The position numbers and the translations under genes are program-made. Below, piece by piece: positions 39,373-52,229 of a DNA stretch of 64,000 nucleotides (position 1 is its first letter; the number at the start of each line of letters is the position of its first letter). A model generated the notes under the pieces. It was not told the origin of the DNA and did no database searches. It saw only the letters and a program-made list of their open reading frames with translations. Source of the stretch: Lama glama (lineage: Eukaryota); assembly GCA_028534125.1 (NCBI GenBank), contig CM052817.1, forward strand, positions 85,624,001-85,688,000, given 5' to 3'.

Positions 39373-40789
39373 CTAAAAGAATGCATTAGAAATTATGATC
39401 TGATAATTGGTTCAAACATGTAATATATATTCATACCCATACTCATCAATAGGTTTGGATATTAGAACAAAGACATAATTTTTTCATTTATTCTTTATGA
39501 TTCTTGACATCATTTCCAATAATTGAACTGTTAAAAATATCAAATTTCTTTTTTAAATTTTGGACCTTAATATAGAAGAAAATGCAAACACCCTATCTTT
39601 CTAAGAACCTCAATATGAAGGCAAGTTTGGAACTTTGTATCTGGATGAATTTGGGCAGTTCATTTGTGCTGCTAAGATCTAAATCATAATTTTTAAAACT
39701 GAAAAGAAAAAAACCATTTTCTTCAACATTCTAAGTGGGTAACAAGACATTTTAATAATGTAGCACAATGCAATATCTGGCCACTTCTACTGCTGCTATT
39801 CCTATCCATGATTAACTAGTTTAAAAGTTATCTAGAATTGGAATTGTGTGTTTCTGTGTGTACATGTATATGTGTGTGTAACTATTATAGTCCTCATTTT
39901 ATATTTATTTACATATTTTACAATGAGCCTGTATATTCAACACAGTTGTAATTATATGCATGTAATAGCTCCAGTGGGACTAATTTTTTCAGTTTGGCAG
40001 TTATCCTTATGCTACAGTAAGGGCTCTTGGAAGAAGAGGACTCAGAGTCTTTAGCTGGGGACTTCATTGAGCTGGATCTTTTACAAAATGATGCTTTACT
40101 CCTCAAGAGTTACCAGTGCCTCTGCTTTAAAACAATAACTCTGATAAAGTCTTAAGTGGACTAAACAGGGAAATAGAGTTTCTGCTTTGAGAGGAAAAAT
40201 CTTGCTCAGTGAAAGGATTGCGTTAAACCGTGGCTGAAGGAAATGGGGCAGTTGTGGGTATGGCTCTTGAGCATATTGAGATGGAAGGGGTGAAATATGC
40301 AGGACAGGATGGGGTGTATCGCCATGGGAGCACTCCTCCATTACTCAAGATTCATCAGTTTTAATATACCACAGGGATGGCTCCGTCCTTGAAATGTATG
40401 CACAGGGATGGCTCCGTCCTTGAAATGACCTACAATAACTAAGACTGAAAGCCCACAAGTACTTTTAAAGAGTACTATGGGAGGTATCAGAAGACTTAAG
40501 GAGATAAAAATGTTTGATTAAATTTATTATTTTAAGTGAGAAAAAATGTTACTTGACAATGTTCTCCAAGAGCACCAGGTGGACACACTTTTCAGCAAAA
40601 CAATAAAAACAGCAGCAGGAAGTGTGCACCAGCAGCATGTGAGCAGTCGGCAGAGGCCAGGATTGACAATACTAGATGCTCCGTAGAACTAGGCAAGGCA
40701 TCCTAGTATCAGTGGTAACGATAAGACTCTAGAATGCTAGAGGTCAGATTGCTGTACTGAAGCAGCAGAGGCAAGTAGATGTAATTATC

Positions 40790-41900
40790 CTGTCATGTCA
40801 ATTTGAAATTAACTCCAGAGAGGGTTTGGAACTACATCAAGGTGATACTGTGAGATAGTCTACCATTCTAGCCATTTAATCTAGATCCAGAAGTACTAGA
40901 GGTACTTGAGATAGATAAGAAAGATGTATGTCTCTGGTATGTCTCAAACCTTAAAAGGAGATTCATACCCAGACCCCTCGGGCATTCCTTCTGCCAAAGA
41001 GAATTACTCACCTTTTGAAAGCTATTCCTAACACACTGCTGGGCTGTGGTAAAAGCTAAGAGGGTAAGTATAAGACATTAAAGGACTATATGATACAAAC
41101 TGCTCCCCTTCAAAAGCTGGATGTTGTAAGATCTACCACATCACAAGTTTAAGCAAGCACAGCAGCTGTCCATGATATAATGCAAATCCTACCTCTAGGA
41201 GTGAACCTGAGCAGATTCAGATCATACAAGTATGTTATGCATACTGGTGGCTCAAATTCTTATGATGACTAGTATTTTGTATCTTTTTGTCTTACTCAAG
41301 TTTCTCTTATGGCCTCATGAGCATTCTTCATGATTAGTTGATGGAGAATAAAAATACTCAGGCCTGATTTACAAAGGGGTGTCTCAATATTTTGGAACAT
41401 ATCTGAAAATATATTCCTGCTATACAATAATTCCATTCAAGTGGTAGCTCTAAATATTGAGTGGAAATTTTCTCAGTTTGACGGTGTATTACAGATGGTA
41501 TTCAAGTCCGTGTGGAGTAGGAGAAATTGTGAGGTGAGAGTATGTAAGAATTCCTGAGCAGTGAAGAGTGATCCACCTGGTTATTTCAGGATCACGAAGA
41601 AGCAACATTGAAAGGTTGGCATAAAAGAGATTTGGGGATAAATGGTGGCTGGAGCTGTAGGAGTAGGTGCACTGTGTGGTTTTGTGGTTACATTAATGGC
41701 CACAAACCAGAAGGCTCCCTACTACAGAGATAATACTCAACAAACGTGCAGAACAAGATGACTTCCTCTTGTTCTGTACTTGACCACCTCATACTTGCAT
41801 AATGTGCCCAGAAGTGGTGCATTGGTCGTAGTAATATACTTTGTGTGGATTCATCACTATGGCCTCTCTCTTACCAGGGAAATGATGACATTGCCTCGAA
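40790..41900 (+). mobile_element. ERVL pol relic (RT connection plus RNase H)
   Basis: Broken translation PSAKENYSPFE / CWAVV / SWML*DLPHHKFKQAQQLSMI / TQA*FT / KVGIKEIWG matches recalled ERVL pol motifs. Many stops. Confidence 0.8.
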
Positions 41901-42095
41901 GCAGCAGAGACTAGCTTTTCCACTAGTTCTCCTTTGTGTTAGTTTTTGTAGAAATTGTCGGACAGAAGCCATTTTGAAGCCTTGTGACAGAGGGGACTTT
42001 ACATATGGCATGAATGTATCTCAATCATGGAAGAACAAAGCCTGTTATAGGCAGAGTATTTAGTGTCCTGCGTACATTTCTAGGCTCAGCACAGC

Positions 42096-42555
42096 TGTGA
42101 TGGTCAGTTTTTTGTTTTTGTTTGCAAACTCAGATTCATGCAAATAGTTTCCTCCTCAAGTCTGTGCTATGTATCTTTTTGTACTTTCCCCCTTGGCCTG
42201 CTCTCAAAATGTGAAACTCACTTGGCCTGCATAAAAATGTTTCCCAGAAGTGTGGGAGACTTAGGTCTCATAGCAGGCAGCCTTCAACTAGTGGAAGAAA
42301 GAATGGAGGTTTATAAATGCCCAGCTACTCTTTGGACTCTGAGGACTCTTTGAGAGGCATTTTGTATGCTTCTCATAAATGCACATGAGCATCTTTTGTC
42401 CAGAGACATAACTTTGATAAATCACTTTACCTGTCCACTTTTCAAGTCTTATTTTCCCATCTCCTTCACTTTTGCTTATTGGCATTCCCTACCAAATGAT
42501 GTACCAGCATATACATGTCTCTGCTTCTAGGGTAACCCCAAAAAAGTTAGGATAT
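42096..42555 (+). mobile_element. Old ERVL-type LTR (family uncertain)
   Basis: Starts 'tgtgatgg', has a TATA-like 'tttataaa', and ends 'tgtctctgcttctagggtaacccca', similar to ERVL LTR 3' ends. Confidence 0.5.
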
Positions 42556-42619
42556 AAGTAGCATGATGCAATTTGCATCTATATTTCTAAAATGAATGTT
42601 TGTATACACTTAGAATAGT

Positions 42620-42740
42620 TTTAAATTGTAGGTGATTCAGTTGCAGACCCAGAGATTGATTTAATGTGTATTGGGAAAGACCTAAAAATCTTTAGGTAAA
42701 TTTGTGCAAGAGATCTGAAGATTAGTTTTGAGAAACACTG
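42620..42740. mobile_element. hAT-Charlie MER5-like fragment
   Basis: 'cccagagattgatttaat...ggtaaattt...agttttgagaaacactg'. Confidence 0.5.
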
Positions 42741-44279
42741 TTTTAGCTCTTTAAGACTATTCCTTAAATTTACTTGACATTTCACAATGTATTTTCAACA
42801 CAGAAAAAGGTATCAAAATTATGCTCCAACATACAGTGTTCAAATTAGAGCTTAATGCCATATTTTTGGAAAACACAACAAAATACACAGCAGTGACTAC
42901 TTCCAATGAAGTGAATAATGCAATATCAACTTCTGTAAGATTTTTTAAATGCTAAATTCTCTTAGATCTTCACATATCCAAGTCTGCGAAGGCCTCAGAA
43001 GGCAATGATATTTTTGTTTCTACTGTCATCTCAAACAGAAACAGATAGAGTCCTAATGTCTGATTGAAAAACTAATGTCCTCAAGTCACATATTCTCTTA
43101 ATAGCACTAGCAGTCAATATATCATAGACTGGTAAATGCTTACTTCCAAAATATGTTAAATAAATTCACTAATAGGTATGAAAAATCATGTAGGAATACA
43201 GATGTTTATTTCAATTGACGCACATTGATCCACATTATAGATGAATATAACTTTCCAATGCAATCCAACTCAATGATATATAACATGTAAAAGAATAGTT
43301 CAATTCAGTGAAAACAGCTAGAGTTGTGCTACTTTAGATTTCTATTAATCAATCTTGATCTGTGTGAAAATAGTAGAATTTGTTAACTTTTTTTGTTTTC
43401 TTTTACTATTTGGAGAAGTGTGTCTTACATTTTTTCAGTTTAAATAAATTACCATTATTTCCTCCATCAGAGAATAATTCCAGTGTATGGAGAAAATATT
43501 TACTACATTTTCAAGTAATATGTTAAGCTGAAGCAGGTTTTTAATTATTTCCTGGGGAAAAATATATTCATCAAAAGAAAATTGAGGAAATAGCCTTCTA
43601 AAACAGTCTCCAAACAAAATTACATGCATTTTAATTTGAAATATACTTTTGAAAGAGTTCCAAAGAGAATAATAAATAAATAAATAAATAAGGAAAATGA
43701 TTCAGGATAAAAATACTATTTAAAGTCTACTAAATTTCCAATCAGATTATAAACTTAATGGAATGTTTAGGGTGGTGATCTTCCTAGTCCCTTCTAGTAC
43801 TTCCCCAGCTCTCAAAGAAGTGCCTATATAAAATGATGCTAACTACATGCTTCATTCATAGAAATAAAATGATACGGTTAAAGTAGGCTAAGGAATTGAT
43901 TTTCTTTATTACTATCTGAAATTTAATACAACCCAGTAATAAATTATTTTAACATAGAGAAAATTACTCTCCCAATTAGTATCTTCATATAGAAGTGCTT
44001 TTATTATGAATAATACAAATGTGTGTGCTATGTGATAAAATTCAGTGTTTTCAGATTTCATAGACACTTATACTGGTACATTTCCCAATTTTCAAAATTT
44101 TTCTGATTTATTAACTGTAGATAACAACTTATAGAAGGTATTTCTTTATAGTGAACACATAAAAAATATATATATATGTATATACACACTATTCAGGGTT
44201 TCATATCTCATATTCTGATCATATTCTGATCTCTGAAGGATGGTAAAGAAACAAGAGTTCTTACAGGGACTTTCTGTTG

Positions 44280-44360
44280 AATATATGCATGACCATGAAC
44301 AAGTCATTTAACCTTTTCAACCTCAATCTTCCCTTTGTAAAATGAGGAACTTGGGCCAAA
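44280..44360 (+). mobile_element. MIR core fragment
   Basis: 'tgaccatgaacaagtcatttaaccttttcaacctcaatcttccctttgtaaaatgagg'. Confidence 0.7.
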
Positions 44361-44744
44361 TTGGTAGTCTCCAACCTTTCTTTCCAAGGAGAAACTTCTA
44401 ATTTATCCAGTTGAAGAGACAACTGATAGTGAAGCACTTTCAGGAGGTCAGATGTTAGAAATGGAAAAGTTACTCAGTGTTGCATATGGATATATCACAC
44501 TTCTAATGGTCTCCTTCACCCGTCAGCAGACAGAGCATATTGAAAGAAGGAATGCGGCATACAACAGCAGTAGATAAACTGACTTGGAAAACTTGTATCT
44601 GTCTTTCTCTATTGTGCTTAAAAATTTATCCCTTTCTTTGTAACACACTTATTTTCTGTCCCCCTATAGCTTGGCACTAGCAGAAAGTATGTTTCTCTAC
44701 ATCTTCTCTGTTTGCTTCTTTCAAGCAGAGAGGTATCACATTGT

Positions 44745-44746
<2 letters not shown>

Positions 44747-44790
<44 letters not shown>
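44747..44790 (+). repeat. (AC)17(AT)5 compound microsatellite
   Basis: Read directly from the sequence. Confidence 0.95.
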
Positions 44791-44792
<2 letters not shown>

Positions 44793-44969
44793 GCTGTCTA
44801 CTCAAATCCAATTAAAATATTTTTGTACTGTCTTCCATGTGTATATGGCACTGTGCTGGGATTTGCATGTAATCTAAAGAGGCATATTGAAGAGAATCAA
44901 TGTTTGGAGACATGGATTATTTTTAGCTCATTGACTGGGGGTGTGAGGGACACTGGGAGTCCCTCAAAG

Positions 44970-45018
44970 TTAGGTTTAGGGTTAGGGTTGGGGTTAAGGA
45001 TTAGGGTTACAGTTAGGA
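44970..45018 (+). repeat. Degenerate (TTAGGG)n telomere-like array, 8 units
   Basis: ttaggt ttaggg ttaggg ttgggg ttaagg a ttaggg ttacag ttagga. Confidence 0.85.
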
Positions 45019-45424
45019 TATACATAAATTTCTAGCCAAAAGAATCTCAATTGTAGAATATTTTAAAATAGTTTATTTCTTTAAATCAAATAAAGCCACT
45101 GTAACTGACTATAATAATAAAATTTCCAAATTTTTATCACATTGAACTCTTCTAAAGCATACCTAAAACACAAGAATTATTTGATATCATAATATAAAGT
45201 TAACTTATGACTGGTGTAGGAATTAATAGACAAGAAAATACTGGGCTTCATATTTGTTTTTTTAAACCTTAAGAAAAATATGTTTGAAAGGAAGAATGTC
45301 TTTCCTTTATACACTCTCCCCATCTCTTCTTAACTCTTGCTTGACATGAAAGCCATGAAAGAAATATTTTCCGCTAGTGAGGGGAAACAAAGTGGGGGCG
45401 AGAGAAACTGAGCCCACCGTGTAG

Positions 45425-45569
45425 TTACAGTCTGCCATCTGTATCTGTGGTTCTGCATCAGTGGATTCACCCAACCACAGATCATGTACTACTGCAGTAG
45501 TCATTTTTTCTAAATGCATTTAAGTGGACCTGCAGAGTTCCTACTTTTGTTTTTCAAGGGTCAATTGTT
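45425..45569. mobile_element. Tigger2-family non-autonomous element end
   Basis: 'tatctgtggttctgcatcagtggattcacccaaccacagat...taagtggacctgcagagttc...ttcaagggtcaattg'; the last part is the Tigger2 TIR in reverse. Confidence 0.75.
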
Positions 45570-46369
45570 AGAGCTGAAAATATACGTTTGATAATAATAA
45601 TGCTTCTGAATTTTATTAAGCTTGTTTATGTATACAAAAGTATGTGTATGTGTGTGGACATGTGTGTGTGTGTGTGTACACGGGCATTTAAAAAAGTAGC
45701 TGAGAAAAAATAATGTTGTTAAAATAGAAGAGTTTCCTATATAGATTAATGTTAGTATAGAAGTCTGCAGAAAAGTCATTGCATTTCTTACAATACAAAC
45801 TTCACATTATTTTATGGTTAGTTGAGATGTGGGTGAATGCTAACCTCAAAAATTTAAGTATATTTATTAAAATAATATTTATGGATACTTGGCATATGAG
45901 TGGATGTGGACATAAAATTGAGAATATACAATTTTTATTGTTTCTAAAATATTGTTTTATGATTGTTCTATGACTTCTAAGATAACTTTTGTTTTAAAAC
46001 CCATAGGACATTTATTTTATAGTTTTTAAGACACTCCAGATTGCTAAATTTCTCAAAGGAAATTACATCACATCCTAAATAGACTATTTGCCTCTGGGTG
46101 TGTTTTCTCAAGTTTTCTGTTTGTCAGTAGCAAATGTTCATTTGTTAGAAGCAATACACACACACACACACACATACCTATTTGCTAATTGTTTTTAGTA
46201 TTATTTTAGAAAGACCTATGCAAACTTAAAAACAGATATGTGAGCCAGAAATATTAAAGAAATTGTATTCCAAATATATTCTTGTCTAACCTATTGTTTC
46301 AACATACTAAATATTGTAAAGTATGATGAAATTTCTTTCTTAGGTAAATTTCTCATCACAAATAAAGTA

Positions 46370-46480
46370 CAACTGATCCTTGAATAACATGAGTTTGAAC
46401 TGCACAGGTCACTTATATGCAGATTTTTTTCAATATAAAATACGAAAACACGTTTGGAGGTATTTAAACAACTTTCCCAG
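46370..46480. mobile_element. Tigger2-family terminal fragment
   Basis: TA followed by 'caactgatccttgaataacatgagtttgaactgcacaggtcacttatatgcagattttttc', the Tigger2 TIR region. Confidence 0.8.
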
Positions 46481-46539
46481 GAGCTGATAAAACACATTGA
46501 CAAGGGAAAAAAAACCCACGAAAACAATTAGCTTTTACA

Positions 46540-48130
46540 ATATATGAACCGCCTTGTTAATGAATTTGACTTGAGCACAACAACTTCAAAATACATATTC
46601 TTTGTAAGTACACATGACAGAAGATTAAAACTTACCACATGCTGAGTCCCACGGAAAGTTACAAGAAATATCAAAGTCTTAGTACAAATAGTATATTATC
46701 TAATTAGTATGGGATTAACTTAAAAATCAATATTAAAACACATAACTCTCAAACTTCAATTAAACTAGGAAATTAGAAAGCAGATTCCTAAATATCCAAC
46801 TACTGAGATGAAAAAAATCACAGTATAATTAGAAAATCTTTTTTTAATTAAATGCCAAAAATTCTAGTTGTGGTTGGAGTAAAGTTATACACTTACTGCA
46901 TATTTAAGAAAATAAAGGTGAAGAAATGAATGATCTAAGCATTTCTCTCATTTTAAAGTTGACAAATAAATGTAAAAAAGATCAAGATAATAGAATTATA
47001 ATACATTTATAATATATTTTATAATACAATAATTAATAATAGGATTAACAAAGGGATATTAATAGAGATCTTAACCAATACGAAAGCAATTATAAAAAAA
47101 TTAACACTTTTATAGAAGTACATCTGATGATATAGATGAAATAGACAAATGTCCATAAAAATATAATGTATACTAATTGACATCAGAAAGTTTTAAAATC
47201 TGAATTATTCTACATCTTTTAAAATTTAGTATTGATTAAATCCCCCCCATAAAAAATATCTACAGATCAAGAAGTCTTCCCTGATAAAACTGACCATATC
47301 TTTAAGGGAAAAATAACTTCCAACATTCAAAACAATTTCAAGGAATAGATAATAGAAAATCATATCTTAACTTTGGAGACTATAATAACCTTGTAACAGA
47401 ACCTGACAAAGATATTGCAATAACAGTTAAGTTACTGGCAATTCTTTTCCACAAAAAGAGACATAAACATTTTAAATATTATTAAACCAAAATCAAATAT
47501 TTAACTGTAAAGAAAAATATATCATGGCCAAATTAGTTCATTGCAGGAATATATTGTTAATTTAATATTCATGAATCAATCAATGTAATTAACTAGATTA
47601 ATGGAATAAAAGAAAAAAATAATAGGGTTATCAATATATGCAGAAAAATCATTCAATAAAATTCTGTGCCTAATTATAATCTAAAGCCTTAACCAGCTAA
47701 TAAGAAGACTTTTTAAAAAATATGAATAAGAATATTGGCAGGAAAAAAGAAACCCACAGACAATTCAGAAATTTTTCTCTGTAATCAATGACAAGCAGGG
47801 CATGTCTTCTATCATCATGTTTATGCAACACTATGCTAGAATTGCTTGCCAGTTCAATAAGGGAAGAAAAATGAACAAAATTTATAAAATTGGAGAAAAG
47901 AAGAAATTACTATCATTAATCAAAGACAATATATTTAAGTAGGTAGAAGTCTAGAAGAATCTAGTAATAAATTGAATTAATAAGTAATATTGGCTAAATC
48001 TTTAAATGTATATTAAATAATAATCACTTGAATTATTATACACCACCAAAATGTTAGAAAATAAAAACATATTTTTCTCTTCTCAAAAATGCCAAATACT
48101 AAGTAAATGTAAGATGTGCTATGATATTTT
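46540..48130 (+). mobile_element. Very old L1 ORF2 (endonuclease to RT region)
   Basis: 'aaaatacatattctttgtaagtacacatg', 'tagatgaaatagacaaat', 'aacctgacaaagatattgcaa', 'atgcagaaaaatcattcaataaaattc'. Confidence 0.8.
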
Positions 48131-48509
48131 CATGTATGATATTTTATTGCATTAAATTTTAGAAATTTAAGCAAGTAAAGGCAATAAAACACCCACAAAA
48201 TCTTGAATACATTACTCATAAATCTAAAAATCCACTGTCTTTTAGATTTTCATATTATGTCATACAGATAAGGATTCAGAAGAAAAATCACCTCACTGTT
48301 TATCCTTCTGCCAGTTTTTCTAAATGATAAAGCAATCTTAACATCTTTATACAGATCCTAGTATTCACTAGACAGAAGTGTCAGACACTACATATACAAA
48401 GGTACAGAAATATTAAACAGAGTACAGATGTACACATATATATACACACCTATGTATACATAAATAAGTTATGTACATGATATATGTGTAAAATTACAAT
48501 CTGTAGTAA

Positions 48510-48935
48510 GTTATCTTCAGGAAAATAGCAAAATACTATGAGAAAGAATGAAAAAGGGACTAAATTTGGATTAGTGGTGATGGGTTAAAAGAGGGATAAT
48601 TGAGCATGTGTCATTTAAAGTAATACAAGAAAAAGGAGGAGGAGTTAGGCAAGTCAAGAATGTAGAAATTACCACTATGGAGAGAGAAAAAATAGCATGC
48701 TCAAAGTGTATGAGGCTAGAAACAGGTTAGAAGAGGAAATGATTGACAGTTGTAGTAGGTGGAGTGTATATGAGGAATGCGGTGAGAGGCCTGGAAAGAC
48801 AGACAAAGAACAGATATTCAAGCTTAAAATTCCTACTTAAAGCTGATAAACATCATCTCAAGGGCATATACACTTGAAAAATTTTAAGCAGGATAATGGC
48901 ATGGTATGCTTCTAATTTTTAATATATCACTGATC
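48510..48935 (-). mobile_element. L2 fragment
   Basis: 'aggaggagttaggcaag', 'aatagcatgctcaaag', 'ttttaagcaggataatggcatg', 'tttaatatatcactg'. Confidence 0.65.
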
Positions 48936-49629
48936 GTTTTTCCCAAAATTATTTTATTGGATCACTTGATTTTTTATTTGGAAGAGTCCATGGAAGATAG
49001 CCTAGAATTACTGCAGAGAAAATAACATGACTTTGAAATATCAGAGAGATCAGAAAACATTTCAAAGTCACACAGCTTCTTAACTGCAGGAGTGCAACAA
49101 GAATTCATTATTCCTACTTAAATATTACATTTAATTACAGTAGAACATTTTTCTTCCACCTGAACACATCAGCATCTTTGATGTGTCAAACTAATAACTA
49201 AAAACTGTTTAATTGCAAAGTGAAAGTTTTACATAAAAAGAGCTTTTGAATTTTCTAAGTTGTACATTTTTACATTACTCTAATTGCTGATAAAAAACTT
49301 GTTCCCTCTTTATACAGTTGTGACTTGATATATCAAGTGACAATTTAAACATCCCCTACGTTTGCTTAAAGGTTTATCTTGAAGTGAAGGCACATCATTG
49401 ATTTAGTAGATAATTAAGTTCTGCATACAAATGTGACTGATCAAATAAGTACTTAAGATTTTTTATTCAAAGAATAAGTCATTTCTGATTCTATAATACT
49501 TAAGTCTAAGTCAAAATATACTGAATTCTATATATGGTGGACAGTGGCCTTACTTTCATTACTGAATCAACTGAATCACACTGGAGAGGCATGAATTCAG
49601 GTTGTCACCAGCACCCTTTTATTTACTGG

Positions 49630-50100
49630 TTATGTAAGTTAGAGCATACTGGGTAGCAAACTCCACAAAACTATTTTAAACAAGCTTAGCAAAATCATAG
49701 CAAACAGAATATTAGTTTCTTGGCTCAGATTACTAATAAGGCTTATTTCAGGCACAGCTGAGTTGCTCAACAACGCTCTCATTGATTTACTACGTCTACT
49801 TCACCAAGCTCTAAATGGACTCGGCATTGGTGACATCAGGTGGTCTCTTGACTTAGGGCAGAATCGGCAGTCTAGGTTCCTCTTGGTCAAATCAGCAGAA
49901 AGGAGAGGCCTTTTTGTATCTCAGCAGATTACAAAGGAAAGCCCAGACCTGAGCATTATTACACTAATCCAGGCCAAGTATGTATCTCTCAAAGATAATC
50001 GTTGTGGCCGGGATAAGAAATTCACTGAGTACTGGACTGAGGGTGAAGAAGAAAGATCGTCTGTAATTTGGAAACTCTTACCTGAAAAAAGCAACACTTT
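49630..50100 (-). mobile_element. Old MaLR LTR (MLT1K/L-like)
   Basis: 'aaacaagcttagcaaaa', 'ttcaggcacagctg', 'cagcagaaaggagaggcc', 'atcgttgtggcc'. Accounts for ORF 49763..50122. Confidence 0.5.
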
Positions 50101-50678
50101 GTGCTGGAAGATAAAAATATAAATGCCAGTTACACTATAATAGTTACACTGATTTTGAATCACCAATTAAAATAACATTGCAACGAGCGTGCAATAAAAT
50201 CACCCCGTCAAAATTTTAAGTAATAATGGTAAAGGAGTTCAGAAATTAGTTTTCGAATCCATAGTGGACTAAAATCTTTCATGAGTCAATTTTAAAATTT
50301 GACTTAAAAAAAAAAACTGAAGTCTGAAGGAATTGTATTTAGGACACAGCAAATCACGTACTGTTTTTTAAACAGATTGCTTTTAAAAATCTCACTTCAC
50401 AGATAATGCTTTTGTATTAATGATTCTTGGTAGGACTGTTACATAATGTTTGCTTTTTTAAAAAAATCCTCTTAATTTCACAAATCATGTTATCTATCTG
50501 ATGTGCTGTTGATAGTTCTGTCTCATTTCAAAACATTTTTCTTCATTTGTTCTGTTATAAAGTTACTTAGGATGTTTAAATAGGATTTGACAGAGGCGGG
50601 TTGGAATGACTAGAGATTAAAAGTAGTAAATATGACTGTATATGCATTTTGTTCCCTTTGGGAGACTGGAGATGGACC

Positions 50679-51259
50679 TGGTGATAGACAGCCTCTAAAA
50701 TGGCTCTAAATGATCCCTACTTCTTGGTATTCCTGCCTTTTAGTGTGGGCTAGATTTAGTGACTGGCTTCTAAAGAATGAAATACAGAAAAAGTAGTTGG
50801 ATATCACATCCAAGATTAGGTTACAACAGGAACATGACCTCTGTCATCTCTCATTTTCTCTTTGATAGCATCCTCCTAGTAGAAGCAAGCTGCCGCTTGT
50901 GAGTATCCCTGTGGAGAGGCCCACATGGCCAGGGACTGGCCTAACTAGCAGTCAGCAAGACCCTGAGCCTTGCAGACAGTCTTGTGAGTGAGTTGGCGGT
51001 GGATTTTTTCAAGCCAGTCAACAGCCATGGAGGACCAGGAGCCACATGGACTGGAGGATGGGTTCCTTACAGTCAAGCCTTGAGGTGTTTGCAGCCCAGT
51101 CAACAGCTTGATTGCAGCCTCATGGCAGACCCTGAGCTAGAGGACCCAGCTAAGACAGATCTGATTCCTGAAACACAAAAACTGTGAGTTATACATTTTT
51201 GTTGTTCTCAGAAATTTGTTTGGAAATAATTTGTAATGCGAAAATAGATGACTAATAGA
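50679..51259 (+). mobile_element. MaLR LTR, MLT1F-like
   Basis: 'cagcctctaaaatggctctaaatgatccctac', 'ccctgtggagaggcccacatggc', 'cttgattgcagcctcatg', 'gaggacccagctaag', ending 'aatagatgactaataga'. Confidence 0.9.
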
Positions 51260-51529
51260 GAAATGTTGATAGATTATTGATTTTCTGTATTGACAGTTTT
51301 TTCTATAAATTCTATTCTAGACTTGAGGAACAGTTCATTAGGTTTTACTATATCTCAGTGATACATTCTGAAAGCATATGGCACATTTATAATTGTCTTA
51401 ATACATTTAGTGTCTAAATACTGTGTTTAAAATTCAATCAGTAGATATTAATTAAAAAAAAGTCAGTGGTAACTCTGGAATTCCCCTATAATTGAATCAG
51501 ATTCACAACAGTGTTAGACAGAGAGGAGA

Positions 51530-51641
51530 AGTAGTAGGCTAAGATGGAAGGGTATTTACTACAGGCTTGTCCCATGATTCTACAGTCATTTCACTCCTTC
51601 GGGCCTCAGTCAGTTTCTTTATATCAAAAATGAAGATAATA
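51530..51641 (+). mobile_element. MIR core, interrupted by a retroposed insert
   Basis: 'agtcatttcactccttcgggcctcagt...tttctttatatcaaaaatgaagataata'; resumes after 51823 with 'aaaatgttatctac'. Confidence 0.6.
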
Positions 51642-51807
51642 GGCTGCCCCGCTCTCTCTCCCTCTTCGGAGATGGCCTGCATTCTGTCTATGGAGTGTGT
51701 ATCTACTTTTAATCTGAGCACCCAACCCCCACACCTTGTGGCCTTTCTCTTGCCTTTCAGTGTATCTCTGTAAATAAATCTACCTTCACTCAAAAAAAAA
51801 AATAAAT
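51642..51807 (+). mobile_element. Polyadenylated retrocopy of an ERV LTR R-region-like transcript
   Basis: 150-nt GC-richer body, AATAAA at 51773-51778, poly(A) from 51792, and a 16-bp TSD (15/16 identical). Confidence 0.8.
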
Positions 51808-52229
51808 AAAAAAGAAGATAATAAAAATGTTATCTACTACAAATATCACCTATCTGTGCATGAGGAAAGGAGCCTTGTTCTCTAACAAATAGAAAACAGG
51901 AGTCAAGAAACCAAATTTTAATTTTCTTTCTATCATTAATCTTTGTTATGATTTGGGGCAAGTTATAAAATGACCTTTCAAAATATTTTCATCTTTAAAA
52001 ATGTCTGCTAAGAATCTTCAGTATTTAAAGTATATGATATTATGATTACATTTAATTTTTATTTTTGTGGTCTTATCACTATTTATACTAATTGGTAAAA
52101 TTGCTGATGGATTAGTTTAAATTCAGTCTTGATTCCAATGAAGAAATAAATTTCCTGCTTTACATTTTTAAATTAAATGCACTAACATTTACCTGAATAA
52201 CTTTTTTTAATCCTCTGACACAAGATTCA

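Noticed and set aside
50177..50195. Small inverted repeat attgca-acgagcg-tgcaat with CpGs
   Set aside because: Arms are only 6 bp and no larger structure is visible.
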